This document shows, piece after piece, positions 46,273-55,629 of a DNA stretch of 64,000 bases. Position numbers and translations under genes: made by a program. Origin of the DNA: Corallococcus caeni (GTDB taxonomy: Bacteria; Myxococcota; Myxococcia; Myxococcales; Myxococcaceae); the NCBI RefSeq assembly GCF_036245865.1, contig NZ_BTTW01000008.1:224396-288395 (forward strand), in the 5' to 3' direction. The notes below the pieces were generated by a model. The model searched no databases. It saw nothing but the letters and a program-made list of their open reading frames with translations, and was not told where the DNA came from. The first letter of the stretch is position 1. Each line of letters starts with the position of its first letter.

Positions 46273-48942
46273 ATGGCGCGTTCACGTCCCGTGGATCCCC
46301 CGCTGCGGCGGGATGTCCGGCTCTTGGGCCGGCTGTTGGGTGAGGTGTTGGTGGAACAGGAGGGACAGGCCCTGTTCGACAAGGAGGAGGAGGTCCGCCT
46401 CCTGGCCATCCAGCGCCGGCGCGGTCCTGTGGCCGGACGACGCGCCGCGGCGGCGGAGCTGGCGGCGGTGCTGCGGCGGCTGCCGTCGGAGCAGGTGGAG
46501 CCGGTGCTGCGCGCCTTCTCCGTCTACTTCCAGCTGGTGAACCTGGCGGAGCAGCACCACCGCATCCGCCGCGCCCGGGCCCACGCGAGCCCCACCGCCA
46601 CCCGGCCCCAGAAGGGGTCGCTGGAGGCGACGCTCTTGACGCTGAAGGCCGCGGGCGTGAGCGCCGACAAGGTGCGTGAGACGCTGGGGACGCTGAAGGT
46701 GACGCTGACGTTCACCGCGCACCCGACCCAGGCGGTGCGCCGGACGCTGCTGGAGAAGCTCTACCGGCTGGCGCGGCTGTTGGAGGAGCGCGACCGGTGC
46801 GCGCTCACCCCGCGCGAGTCCGCCGCGAACCTCACGGCGATGCGCGAGGAGATCACCGCGCTCTGGCAGACGGACGAGCTGCGCCGCGAGCGCCCCACCG
46901 TGGGCGACGAGGTGAAGAACGTCCACTGGTACGTGGAGGAGATGCTGTCGGAGCCGGTGGCCCGGCTGCCGGAGGCGCTGGACTGGGCCTTCGAGCGCGC
47001 CTACGGCGAGCCCCTGGGCGTGCTGGACACGCCCGTGCGCGTGCACTCGTGGGTGGGTGGCGACATGGACGGCAACCCGCTGGTGACGCCGGAGGTGTTC
47101 GCGGACACGCTGCGCGCGCACCGCGCCCGGGGGCTGAGGCTGCTCCTGCGCGACGTGGAGCAGCTGGGCGGCATGCTGTCGCAGTCGGAGCGGCACGCGC
47201 GCCCCACCCAGGAGCTGGAGCGCTCGCTGGAGGAGGACGCGAAGGCGCTGCCGGACGTGGCGAAGCAGCAGGGCCCGCGCACGCTGGGCGAGCCGTGGCG
47301 CCGCAAGCTGCGCTTCATGGAGGAGCGCCTGTCGCTGGCGCTGGCGCACGTGCTGGCGCGGCGGCAGGGGCAGGACTCCACGCTGCCGCCCGGGGCCTAC
47401 CGCTCCCCGGAGGCGCTGTTGGAGGACCTCGCGGTGCTGGAGCGGTCGCTCTTCGCGGCGCGCGCGGAGAACGCGGGGCTGCGCGAGGTGCGCCGCATGT
47501 CCGAGCGCGTCCGCGCGCTGGGCCTGGGCCTGGGCGAGCTGGAGGTGCGGGCGCCCGCGGAGGACGCGGTGAGCGCGGCGGCGTCCTTCGACGGCGGACC
47601 GCCCCCCACCGAGGGCGGCAAGCGGCTCCTGGAGGTGCTGGCCCGGCTGCGCGAGGGCCAGGACGAGGGCGGCGAGTCCGTCTGCCGCACGCTCATCCTC
47701 TCCATGGCCTCCACGGCGGACGACGTGCTGGCGGCCTTCCAGTGCCTGAAGCACGCGGGCCTCTGGGACAACGCGCGGCAGTGCGCCACCGTGGACGTGG
47801 CGCCCCTCTTCGAGCAGCTGGGCGCGCTGGACGGCGGGCCGGAGGTGCTGCGCCAGCTCTTCGCGCACCCGGAGTACCGCCAGCACCTGAAGGGCCGGGG
47901 CGTGCAGGAGGTGATGGTGGGCTACAGCGACTCCGGCAAGGAGGTGGGCCTGCTCGCCGCGGCCGCGGCGCTGTACCGCGCCCAGGCGGCGCTCACCCAC
48001 GTGGCTGACGAGCACGACGTGCCCCTGCGCCTGTTCCACGGCCGCGGTGAGACGGTGGCGCGCGGCGGCGGCCCCGCCCAGACGGCCATCCTCGCGCTGC
48101 CGCCGGGCACGGTGGCCGGGGCCTACAAGGCCACCGAACAGGGCGAGGCGATGGACCACAAGTACGCGCGCCCGGAGCTCACCCAGCGCACGCTGGAGCT
48201 GGTGGTGGGCGGCGTGCTCCTGCACACGCTGGACGCGCAGCCGCGTCCGTCCCCGGAGGACGAGTCCGCCTTCCGCGCCGCCTTCGACGTGCTGGCGGAG
48301 GAGGGGCGCAAGGCGTACCGCGGGCTCGTCTGGGAGGACCCGCGCTTCGTGGAGTTCTTCATGACGGGCACGCCGGTGGAGGAGATCGCCGCGCTGCCCA
48401 TCGGCTCGCGCCCCAGCAAGCGCAAGGCGGGTGGGCTGGACACGCTGCGCGCCATCCCCTGGAGCTTCGCCTGGACGCAGACGCGCGCAATCCTCCCGGC
48501 CTGGTACGGCGTGGGCAGCGCGCTGGAGGCGTACGCGGCCACGCCGGAGGGCGCGGCGCTCTTGCAGCGCATGTACAAGGAGTGGCCCTTCTTCCACACG
48601 GTCATCGACAACGTGACCATGGTGCTGGCCAAGACGGACATGGCCATCGCGGCGCGGTACGCGAAGCTGGCCCCCGCGTCCACGCGGCCCCTGTGGCTGC
48701 GCATCCAGCAGGAGCACTCGCGCACGCGCCGCGCGGTGAAGTCGCTCACCGGGGAGGCGAAGCTCCTGGACAACAACCCGCAGCTGCAGCGGAGCATCGC
48801 GCTGAGAAACCCCTACGTGGACCCCATGTCCTTCCTCCAGGTGGAGCTGCTCAAGCGCAAGCGCGAAGGGGACGCGGAGTGCGACCGGCCGCTGCTGCTG
48901 GCGCTCAACGGCATCGCTGCGGGCATGCGGAACACCGGTTAG
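46273..48942 (+). CDS. ppc: Phosphoenolpyruvate carboxylase
   Basis: VGYSDSGKEVG and FHGRGETVARGGGP signatures. TAHPTQ. Full length 889 aa. Confidence 0.92.
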   Translation: MARSRPVDPPLRRDVRLLGRLLGEVLVEQEGQALFDKEEEVRLLAIQRRRGPVAGRRAAAAELAAVLRRLPSEQVEPVLRAFSVYFQLVNLAEQHHRIRRARAHASPTATRPQKGSLEATLLTLKAAGVSADKVRETLGTLKVTLTFTAHPTQAVRRTLLEKLYRLARLLEERDRCALTPRESAANLTAMREEITALWQTDELRRERPTVGDEVKNVHWYVEEMLSEPVARLPEALDWAFERAYGEPLGVLDTPVRVHSWVGGDMDGNPLVTPEVFADTLRAHRARGLRLLLRDVEQLGGMLSQSERHARPTQELERSLEEDAKALPDVAKQQGPRTLGEPWRRKLRFMEERLSLALAHVLARRQGQDSTLPPGAYRSPEALLEDLAVLERSLFAARAENAGLREVRRMSERVRALGLGLGELEVRAPAEDAVSAAASFDGGPPPTEGGKRLLEVLARLREGQDEGGESVCRTLILSMASTADDVLAAFQCLKHAGLWDNARQCATVDVAPLFEQLGALDGGPEVLRQLFAHPEYRQHLKGRGVQEVMVGYSDSGKEVGLLAAAAALYRAQAALTHVADEHDVPLRLFHGRGETVARGGGPAQTAILALPPGTVAGAYKATEQGEAMDHKYARPELTQRTLELVVGGVLLHTLDAQPRPSPEDESAFRAAFDVLAEEGRKAYRGLVWEDPRFVEFFMTGTPVEEIAALPIGSRPSKRKAGGLDTLRAIPWSFAWTQTRAILPAWYGVGSALEAYAATPEGAALLQRMYKEWPFFHTVIDNVTMVLAKTDMAIAARYAKLAPASTRPLWLRIQQEHSRTRRAVKSLTGEAKLLDNNPQLQRSIALRNPYVDPMSFLQVELLKRKREGDAECDRPLLLALNGIAAGMRNTG

Positions 48943-48952
48943 AGAAGAGACC

Positions 48953-49675
48953 ATGGCCCAGGAGACGTTCGTCGTGGAGGAGATCAACCCCAAGCACGGC
49001 TTCGCGCGCGTGCGCCCGGAAGCGGGGACGGGGTTGCTGCACACCGCCCTCTATCCGGATCCGGAGTTCACCCAGGCGCCGCCCTTCCAGCTGCGCAAGG
49101 GGGACCGGGTGACGGGCCTTCGCCGGGGGCAGACGGTGGCGGAGGTGGCCTGGCTCACGCGCGTGGAGCCGCCGTGGGAGGAGGTGGAGCGCGTGGCGGA
49201 GCTGCTCGCGCTCCTGGAGCGCTGGGAGATCCGCATCCCCCACGAGGCCCGCGTCCTGGCCGAGCACGCCTGGCGCGACAGCAAGGAGGACCCGCTGCGC
49301 GACGAGCTCCAGGCGCAGCTGCCCACCTTCTTCGACCTGGAGGGCGCCCACCCCTTCGAGGACCCGACGCTGCTGGATCGGCTCTCCGCCGCCATGCAGC
49401 CGTACCTGCCGGGCTTCGCCATCCAACCGGTGCAGGGCCAGCCCGCGGTGCGCGTGGAGCCCGGCGCCGTGGAGGTCCAGGCGGGCGTGGGGAGCTGGGA
49501 CGTGCCCCAGCCCACCTTCGCGCCGATGATCGCGGAGGTGAACGCGCGGCTCGCCGCCGCCGGGGCCCCCGTGCGCTGGGTGCCCACGCGCGAGGACTGG
49601 ATGCTCGCGCCGCCCGCGCTGGCCGCGCTGCTCCAGAAGCACGGCCTGCTGGAGTCCGCCGCGCTCCCCGGGTGA
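48953..49675 (+). CDS. Hypothetical protein
   Basis: Protein-like. It starts 11 nt after ppc. Confidence 0.5.
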   Translation: MAQETFVVEEINPKHGFARVRPEAGTGLLHTALYPDPEFTQAPPFQLRKGDRVTGLRRGQTVAEVAWLTRVEPPWEEVERVAELLALLERWEIRIPHEARVLAEHAWRDSKEDPLRDELQAQLPTFFDLEGAHPFEDPTLLDRLSAAMQPYLPGFAIQPVQGQPAVRVEPGAVEVQAGVGSWDVPQPTFAPMIAEVNARLAAAGAPVRWVPTREDWMLAPPALAALLQKHGLLESAALPG

Positions 49676-49740
49676 TGGACCAGGGCCTCCCGCCGCGCTG
49701 TGTCAGCAAGCGGTGTGAGGTCAAAGGGTTGTCTGGTACA

Positions 49741-49768
49741 GGACGAAGACCGCCATGGTTCTTCGTCC
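49741..49768 (+). promoter_or_regulatory. 9-bp perfect hairpin enclosing the CotH-like gene start codon
   Basis: GGACGAAGA c cgccATGgt TCTTCGTCC. The ATG at 49755 sits in the loop. Confidence 0.4.
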
Positions 49769-51695
49769 GCGTGTCGCCCTCCTCATTGGCCTCCTCGTCC
49801 TTTCCGCCTCCGCCTGCGGGCCTGAACCCGAACGGCGGCTGAGCGAGGCCGAGCTTCCGGCGCCCTTGCAGCCGCGCGTCACCCTCGACGGGCATGAACC
49901 GGACACGCACCGGCTGTTCGGCACGGTGGCGAGCGACGCGGGCGGGGTGCGGGTGGAGGTGTTCGAGGACGGGCGCTTCCTGGGGCATGCCGACGTGGGC
50001 GGCGGCCGCTGGAGCCTGCCCTGGTGGCCGGGGCGCCGCGCGCTGGCGCTGGAGGTGGTGGCGCGCGACAGGCAAGGCGCCGAGGCGCGGGCCCGCGTCG
50101 ACTTCCAGCACCTGACGTTCGACGCGCGGCCCGGGCTCTACCAGCCGGAGACGCTGCTGGCGTTGCCCACGGCCCCGGGCCTGCGGACGTACTTCACGCG
50201 GGACGGCTCGACGCCCACGCCCGCGTCGTCGCGCTACACCGGCCCCATCGCGCTGCTGAGGCGCTCCACGCCGCCGGTGCGGTGGGCCTTCGTCCCCACG
50301 ACGGCGCCCAGCGCCGTTGAAGGCTCGCGGTGGGTGACGCCGCTGGAGGAGCCGCCCCAGGCCGCGGTGGTGCGCTACCGGCAGTACGCGGGCACGGAGC
50401 CGGTGGGCCCGGTGCGCACCCGCACGTTAGTCATCGGCCGGACGCCGTACACGCTGCCGGTGCTGTCGCTCGTCAGCGACGCGGCGAACTTCTTCGACCC
50501 GGCGACGGGCATCTACGTCCCCGGCCTCCTCTCCCAGGCGCAGCCCGACAACCCGGAGGCGGCCAACTACACGCAGGACGGCAAGGAGTGGGAGCGCCCC
50601 GTCCACGTGGAGTGGTTCGAGTCCTCCGGCGACCGCGTGTTCGCCCAGGACGCGGGCGTGCGCATCCACGGCTCGGGCAGCGCGGTGCTGCCGCAGAAGA
50701 GCCTGCGGCTGTACGCGAAGGAGGACTACGGCCCGAAGTCGTTCGCGGGCGCGGTGTTCCCCGGCTCGGGGGTGACGGAGTTCACGCGGCTGGTGGTGCG
50801 CACGTCCGGACAGGATCAGGGCATCACGAAGCTGCGCGACTGCGCGCTGCAGGGGCTGCTGGCCCAGACGCGGCTCGCGCTCCAGGCCTGCCGTCCCACG
50901 CTCGTGTTCATCGACGGTGAGTACTGGGGCCTGCACGAAATGCGCGAGCGCCTGGACGAGTACTACCTGGCGTCGCACTACGGCGTGGACCGCAAGAAGG
51001 CCGTCATCCTGGAGGGCGGCGGGGCGCTGGACGTGGGGGAGGCGGGGGACGAGCAGCCCTATCAGGCCCTCATCGACTTCGTGGCGACGCACGACCTTGC
51101 GGTGCCGGAGCACTTCGCCTGGGTGCGCACGCAGATCGACGTGGAGGACTTCATCGACTTCCAGGTCGCGCAGCTCTACCTGGCCAACGTGGACTGGCCG
51201 GAGAACAACGTGAAGTTCTGGCGGCTGCGCACGAAGAAGCTCGAACCGGCCGCGCCCTACGGACACGACGGCCGCTGGCGCTGGCTCGTGTATGACCTGG
51301 ACTTCGCCCTGCGCTTCGGCCCGGACTTCGACAGCCTGGGGCGCGTGCTGGACGAACCGTCGCCGGTGGCGGCCTGGTCGACGTTGCTGCTGAAGGGGCT
51401 GCTCCAGTCGCCGGAGTTCAAGGCCCGCTTCATCGAGCGCTTCCTCTGGCACCTCGAGCACACCTTCGCCGCGGAGCGGGTGACGGCGGCCCTGGACGCG
51501 GTGGCGGAGGCGCTCGCGCCGGAGATGCCCGACCACGTGGCGCGCTGGAGCCAGCCCGCCTCCGTGGAGGCGTGGAACGGGCACGTCCAGTACCTGCGGG
51601 AGACGCTGGTTCAGCGTCCGGCGTTCATGCGCCAGCTGCTGGAGCAGCACCTGGGGCCGCTGGAGCACGCGGCCCTGGGGCAACCGCCTCAGTAG
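49755..51695 (+). CDS. CotH-family (atypical protein kinase-like) lipoprotein with N-terminal chitobiase/hexosaminidase-C-like domain
   Basis: Lipobox LLVLSASACG. LRTYFTRDGSTPTPASSRYTGPIAL is CHB_HEX_C-like. The CotH core reads LRLYAKEDYG ... FIDGEYWGLHEMRERLDEYY ... DWPENNVKFWR. Confidence 0.8.
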   Translation: MVLRPRVALLIGLLVLSASACGPEPERRLSEAELPAPLQPRVTLDGHEPDTHRLFGTVASDAGGVRVEVFEDGRFLGHADVGGGRWSLPWWPGRRALALEVVARDRQGAEARARVDFQHLTFDARPGLYQPETLLALPTAPGLRTYFTRDGSTPTPASSRYTGPIALLRRSTPPVRWAFVPTTAPSAVEGSRWVTPLEEPPQAAVVRYRQYAGTEPVGPVRTRTLVIGRTPYTLPVLSLVSDAANFFDPATGIYVPGLLSQAQPDNPEAANYTQDGKEWERPVHVEWFESSGDRVFAQDAGVRIHGSGSAVLPQKSLRLYAKEDYGPKSFAGAVFPGSGVTEFTRLVVRTSGQDQGITKLRDCALQGLLAQTRLALQACRPTLVFIDGEYWGLHEMRERLDEYYLASHYGVDRKKAVILEGGGALDVGEAGDEQPYQALIDFVATHDLAVPEHFAWVRTQIDVEDFIDFQVAQLYLANVDWPENNVKFWRLRTKKLEPAAPYGHDGRWRWLVYDLDFALRFGPDFDSLGRVLDEPSPVAAWSTLLLKGLLQSPEFKARFIERFLWHLEHTFAAERVTAALDAVAEALAPEMPDHVARWSQPASVEAWNGHVQYLRETLVQRPAFMRQLLEQHLGPLEHAALGQPPQ

Positions 51696-52030
51696 CCGTA
51701 GGAGCCGCTGCGCACGTCCACGAGGCGGCCGTCGCGGAAGATGGCGACCTGGAGGAGCCGGTGGGGCCCGAAGTTGTAGGTCCACTCGTCCACGGTGGTG
51801 GAGGACGTCACCTCCGTGGAGTCCTCCTCGGTGGGCGTCTTGGCCTTGACCTTCCGGGTCACGTACTCCGTGCGGCTCTCCCGCGAAACCGGTTCACCGC
51901 ACTTGGCCAGCGCGTCCGTCTTGGAGGCGCCTTCGGAGACGATCTTGTTGTCGCAGCGGAGCGCGGACGCGTACGCGAGGGAGGGCAGGGCGAGGCAGGC
52001 GATGACGAGGGCGGCGGGGTGGGCACGCAC
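51689..52030 (-). CDS. DUF2845-family small secreted protein
   Basis: Signal peptide. C...KCGEP...EWTYNFGPHRLLQVAIFRDGRLVDV pattern. Confidence 0.55.
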   Translation of the reverse strand: MRAHPAALVIACLALPSLAYASALRCDNKIVSEGASKTDALAKCGEPVSRESRTEYVTRKVKAKTPTEEDSTEVTSSTTVDEWTYNFGPHRLLQVAIFRDGRLVDVRSGSYGY

Positions 52031-52128
52031 GGGGGAGCTCCGGAGAAGATGGAAGACGGGAACACCGCAGGGACGCAGGGCTCCCCAACCTATTCAAACC
52101 CCTCGCACGCTTTCCAGCCGGACAGGGG

Positions 52129-53394
52129 CTACAGGCCGCCCTTCTCCTTGAGGACCCGCGCCACCTCGGCCGCCATGACGCGGTGGCCCTCCGCGGAGGG
52201 ATGGATGCCATCCACCTCCAGTCCATCGATGAAGAGGTCCGCATTGCCCGGCTGGCGCATCACCGCCTCCAGGTCGATGACCTCCGCGCGCGTCAGCTTG
52301 CGGACCCAGTCATTGAACGCGCGGCGCTGGAGCTTCACCGCGTCGTAGCTGCCCTCGTTCGTCTTCTCCTTGGGCAGCAGCGTGCTCACCCACAGCCGGC
52401 ACCTGGGCTGGAGCTGATCCAGGATCTGGTTCATCCGCTGCTCCAGCTTCTCCACCGTCATGTCGGCGGCGCCCAGGTCATTGGTGCCCAGGAGCACGAT
52501 GCAGTCCGTGACGCCCTGGAGCGCGAGCACCTCCTGCGGCAGCTGGAGGTTCGCGTCCCAGAACCCCTGCCCGGACACGCCCGAGTTCACCACCGGCACG
52601 CCCAGCTGCTTCTCCACCAGGGCCGGCCACGCATTGCGCGTGTCGTTGAACGTGTCCATGTAGCCCTCGGTGATGCTGTCGCCGATGGCCACGAACGCGC
52701 GTCCCGGCGCGCCCTCCACGTCCACCGTGGCCACGGCCAGGGACCGCTGCCACTGCTGGCCGCCCAGCGCCCCCTGCGTGGTCGCGAAGGCGCCGGTCTT
52801 CATCCAGCTGTCCGGGAACGCGTCGATCATGCTCTGGGCCACCTCTCCCTTCACCTCGAAGGAGAGGGCCAGCTCGTCGCGGAACCCCACCGGGAACGCG
52901 ACCGGATCCGACGTCACCAGCGTGCGGGCGTTCGCGGTGAAGCCTGCGTTGCCGTTGAACGTGAGCGTCACCGGCGCGGACGCCAGCGCGCCGTTGGCGC
53001 CCGCCTTCGCCACCGTGGCCCGCTGCAGCGTCATGCCGCCATCCCCCGAGCGGAAGGTGACGCGCACCCGGCTGCCCGCGCGCCCCACCGGTATCTTCAA
53101 CCGGTAGGTGGTGATGCTGCCCACGGCGCCGGACAGGCGCAGCGCCTGGTGGAAGCCGGGCTGGAACTGGGAGGGGAGGGGCGCCACGGGCGGCGTGGCC
53201 TGCACCCGGTGCCCGTCATGCAGCGTCAGCGCGGGCGCGGCCTCCACGGCCTCCGCCGGCGCGGTGACCTGGGCGTCCGTGTGGCCCGGGCCAGAGGCCT
53301 CCTCCGGGGCGCCGCCGTCGTCCATGCCGCCGCACCCCGCCAGCAGGCCCAGGACCCCGAAACACCCCCAGCGCAGCGCCTTTGTCAGACCCAT
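52129..53394 (-). CDS. SGNH/GDSL hydrolase lipoprotein with N-terminal beta-rich domain
   Basis: Lipobox GLLAGCGG. VAIGDSITEGY (block I Ser), LLGTNDL, and DGIHP (catalytic His). Confidence 0.75.
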   Translation of the reverse strand: MGLTKALRWGCFGVLGLLAGCGGMDDGGAPEEASGPGHTDAQVTAPAEAVEAAPALTLHDGHRVQATPPVAPLPSQFQPGFHQALRLSGAVGSITTYRLKIPVGRAGSRVRVTFRSGDGGMTLQRATVAKAGANGALASAPVTLTFNGNAGFTANARTLVTSDPVAFPVGFRDELALSFEVKGEVAQSMIDAFPDSWMKTGAFATTQGALGGQQWQRSLAVATVDVEGAPGRAFVAIGDSITEGYMDTFNDTRNAWPALVEKQLGVPVVNSGVSGQGFWDANLQLPQEVLALQGVTDCIVLLGTNDLGAADMTVEKLEQRMNQILDQLQPRCRLWVSTLLPKEKTNEGSYDAVKLQRRAFNDWVRKLTRAEVIDLEAVMRQPGNADLFIDGLEVDGIHPSAEGHRVMAAEVARVLKEKGGL

Positions 53395-53609
53395 GCCCAC
53401 GACCTCCCGGCGCAAGACAATGTGCACGATGTGCCTTCGCGGCGACCCGGGGATTCATGGCGCGCGCCAATCCCCGGAGGCCGTGAACATCCCCGCGCCG
53501 GGAACGGACGGCGCAGGGCCCGCCCCATGAGGTGGCGGGCCGGGGCCCTGGGGGACCCGCGCGCTCGCCACCCCGGGCCGGCGGCTTCCTTCCGTGGGCA
53601 ATCCCTTGC

Positions 53610-54500
53610 CTACGGGACGCAGGCTCCCACGTCGCCGTTGTTGTTGATGGGCCGGCAGGCCACGCCGTTCGCGCACCCCGGAGAACCGGCGGGCGTGCGG
53701 CACAGCGTCCGGCACGTGCCGCTGCCGTCGGCCATCACGCAGGTGCTTCCCCGTGAACACTGGTTGCTGAAGTCGCACGCGGCGCCTTCGCTCCGCGACC
53801 CCTGTCCCGCGCACACCGGTCCGTTGGCGGCCGGGTAGCAGCCCAGCGGGCTCTCGCAGTCCTGCGCGAACGCATCGCACGACGCGGAGGCCGGGCCGCA
53901 CACCAGCGGCAGCTCCCGCGTGCCGGCCAGGCGCAGCACGGTGTTGCACTCGCCGGAGCCGCAGTCGGACGTCGTGTGGCACAGCTTGCGGCAGAAGAAC
54001 CCGGTGCCGCCGTCGCCCTGCGCCTCGTCCTTGCAGTAGAGGCCCGCCGCGCACGTGTCGTACGTCTGTCCCGGAGGTGACTCGGCCAGCGTGCACGGCG
54101 CGCCCTCAAGGGCGGTGCCCGCCGCGACGCACTGGCGCTGCGTGGCCCCGCCGTCCTGCCCCACGTAGGTGCACCGCTGCCCGGACGGACAGTCCTGGCG
54201 GACCACGTCGCACGCGCCCGCGAAGCACTGGCTGCCAGTGCCGCCATCCGCGAGGTCCGTGTACAGACAGCCCTGGCCCGCGGCGCAGCCCTCCTGCTTC
54301 CCCACGTTGCAGGCGAAGTCGGAGCTTCCGCCGCCCCCGCCGTCACCGGCATCGACAACCCCGGAATCACCGGCGTCCGTCCCGGAATCCAGGGTGGTGC
54401 CCGCATCCGTTGGCGGCCGGACAGTTGGTTCGTCGTCGCAGCCCGCCACCCACAGCCCCAGCATCAGGGCTCCACCCAACAACACGAGACGTGCACGCAT
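53610..54500 (-). CDS. Cysteine-rich secreted lipoprotein (Gly/Asp-rich, about 30 Cys)
   Basis: Lipobox LGLWVAGCDD, then repeated CxxGQxC and CxxGxxC modules. Confidence 0.6.
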   Translation of the reverse strand: MRARLVLLGGALMLGLWVAGCDDEPTVRPPTDAGTTLDSGTDAGDSGVVDAGDGGGGGSSDFACNVGKQEGCAAGQGCLYTDLADGGTGSQCFAGACDVVRQDCPSGQRCTYVGQDGGATQRQCVAAGTALEGAPCTLAESPPGQTYDTCAAGLYCKDEAQGDGGTGFFCRKLCHTTSDCGSGECNTVLRLAGTRELPLVCGPASASCDAFAQDCESPLGCYPAANGPVCAGQGSRSEGAACDFSNQCSRGSTCVMADGSGTCRTLCRTPAGSPGCANGVACRPINNNGDVGACVP

Positions 54501-54627
54501 CCGGAAACTCCTGGCGTCGAAGTAGCCTGGGACTTACACGAGGCGTTCCGTCGTCCGGGGGCCCTTGAACCGGGCCTGGAAACCAGCCGACACTTCCGGT
54601 CCGAGAACCGAGGGGGTCAGGGTGCGC

Positions 54628-54984
54628 ATGAACACGAAGTTGGATGGGCCGGTGGAGCCAGACCCGTACATGAACCGCCGCGCCGAGGAGCGCGTGGCGG
54701 CGCGGTTCGAGGTGCGCTTCGAGCAGGCGGAGGACGCGGCGCGTGCGCTGCGGGCCTACTCGCTGAACCTGTCCGCCGGTGGGCTGTGCCTGCGCACGCG
54801 CAAGTCCTACGACGTGGGCTCGCAGGTGCGGCTGGCCATGGTGGTGGACGGCGAGGAGTTCCACCTCACCGGCATCGTCGCCTGGGTGCGCGACGAGGCG
54901 GAGGCCATCGGCGTGCGCTTCATCGACGTGAGCGAAGAGGACCACGAGCGCCTGCGCCGCGTCATCGCGAGCTTCAAGCGCTGA
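54628..54984 (+). CDS. PilZ-domain (c-di-GMP-binding) protein
   Basis: RRAEERVAARFEV (RxxxR) ... YSLNLSAGGLCL (DxSxGG-like). Start ambiguous (54565, 54628 or 54670). Confidence 0.6.
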   Translation: MNTKLDGPVEPDPYMNRRAEERVAARFEVRFEQAEDAARALRAYSLNLSAGGLCLRTRKSYDVGSQVRLAMVVDGEEFHLTGIVAWVRDEAEAIGVRFIDVSEEDHERLRRVIASFKR

Positions 54985-55044
54985 ACCGCTTCCACCGCGA
55001 AGCGGCCCGGGCGTGAGCACCGGGCCCTCGCGGCACCCCCACCG

Positions 55045-55515
55045 CTACTTCTGGGGCTGCTCGTACTCCGCGTGGCGGAACACCCCGGAGTCACCCTCCA
55101 CGTAGCCGCACGCGCGGTAGAAGGCGCGCGTCTCGTCGGTGACGTTGATGGGGGCGATGAGCTGGAGCTGCTTCACGCTCAGCACCTTGCCGCGCTGGGC
55201 CACCTGCGCGAGCAGCGCGCGGCCCACGCCCCGGCGGCGCCAGCCCTCGGACACGACGAGCTCGTCCACGGTGGCCACGCGCCCGCGCAGCCGCAGCTGG
55301 GGCCGGTGGGAAAAGGACACCATGCCCACCGCGCGGTCCTGCGGATCTCCCGCGACGAAGATCTCAATCTCCGGATGGCTGATGACCCAGTGCACCGTCT
55401 GCTGGTCGGTGCCCTGGGGGTAGCCCAGCTCGCGCAGCAGCTGGGCCATGACCTCTGCGTCGCCACGGCGCGCGCGGCGGATACGGAAGGCGTTGGCGTC
55501 TGGGGCAGGGGTCAT
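55045..55515 (-). CDS. GNAT-family N-acetyltransferase
   Basis: VVSEGWRRRGVGRALLAQV (motif A, Q/RxxGxG/A). Confidence 0.7.
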   Translation of the reverse strand: MTPAPDANAFRIRRARRGDAEVMAQLLRELGYPQGTDQQTVHWVISHPEIEIFVAGDPQDRAVGMVSFSHRPQLRLRGRVATVDELVVSEGWRRRGVGRALLAQVAQRGKVLSVKQLQLIAPINVTDETRAFYRACGYVEGDSGVFRHAEYEQPQK

Positions 55516-55629
55516 GGTGCGGACGATGGGCTGGGACACGGAAGTTGGGATTCTAACGACAGGGCCGCCGGCCTCCAAAGAGGAACGGCGGCCCGTGTGA
55601 CTTTCCGCGCTCGGTGGAACGAGGGCGGC

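Noticed and set aside
34351-49044. Long ORFs 34351..36828(-), 37348..39750(-), 39854..43708(+), 43705..46131(+), 46282..49044(-), 49155..50111(-), 50427..51785(-), 52183..53838(+), 57835..59856(-), 59670..62369(-)
   Set aside because: Each is antisense or out of frame to genes with strong family evidence (YeiH, LysR, MltG, histidine kinase, GT39-like, M6 protease, PEP carboxylase, CotH, SGNH hydrolase, PP2C, TPR). They are high-GC artefacts.
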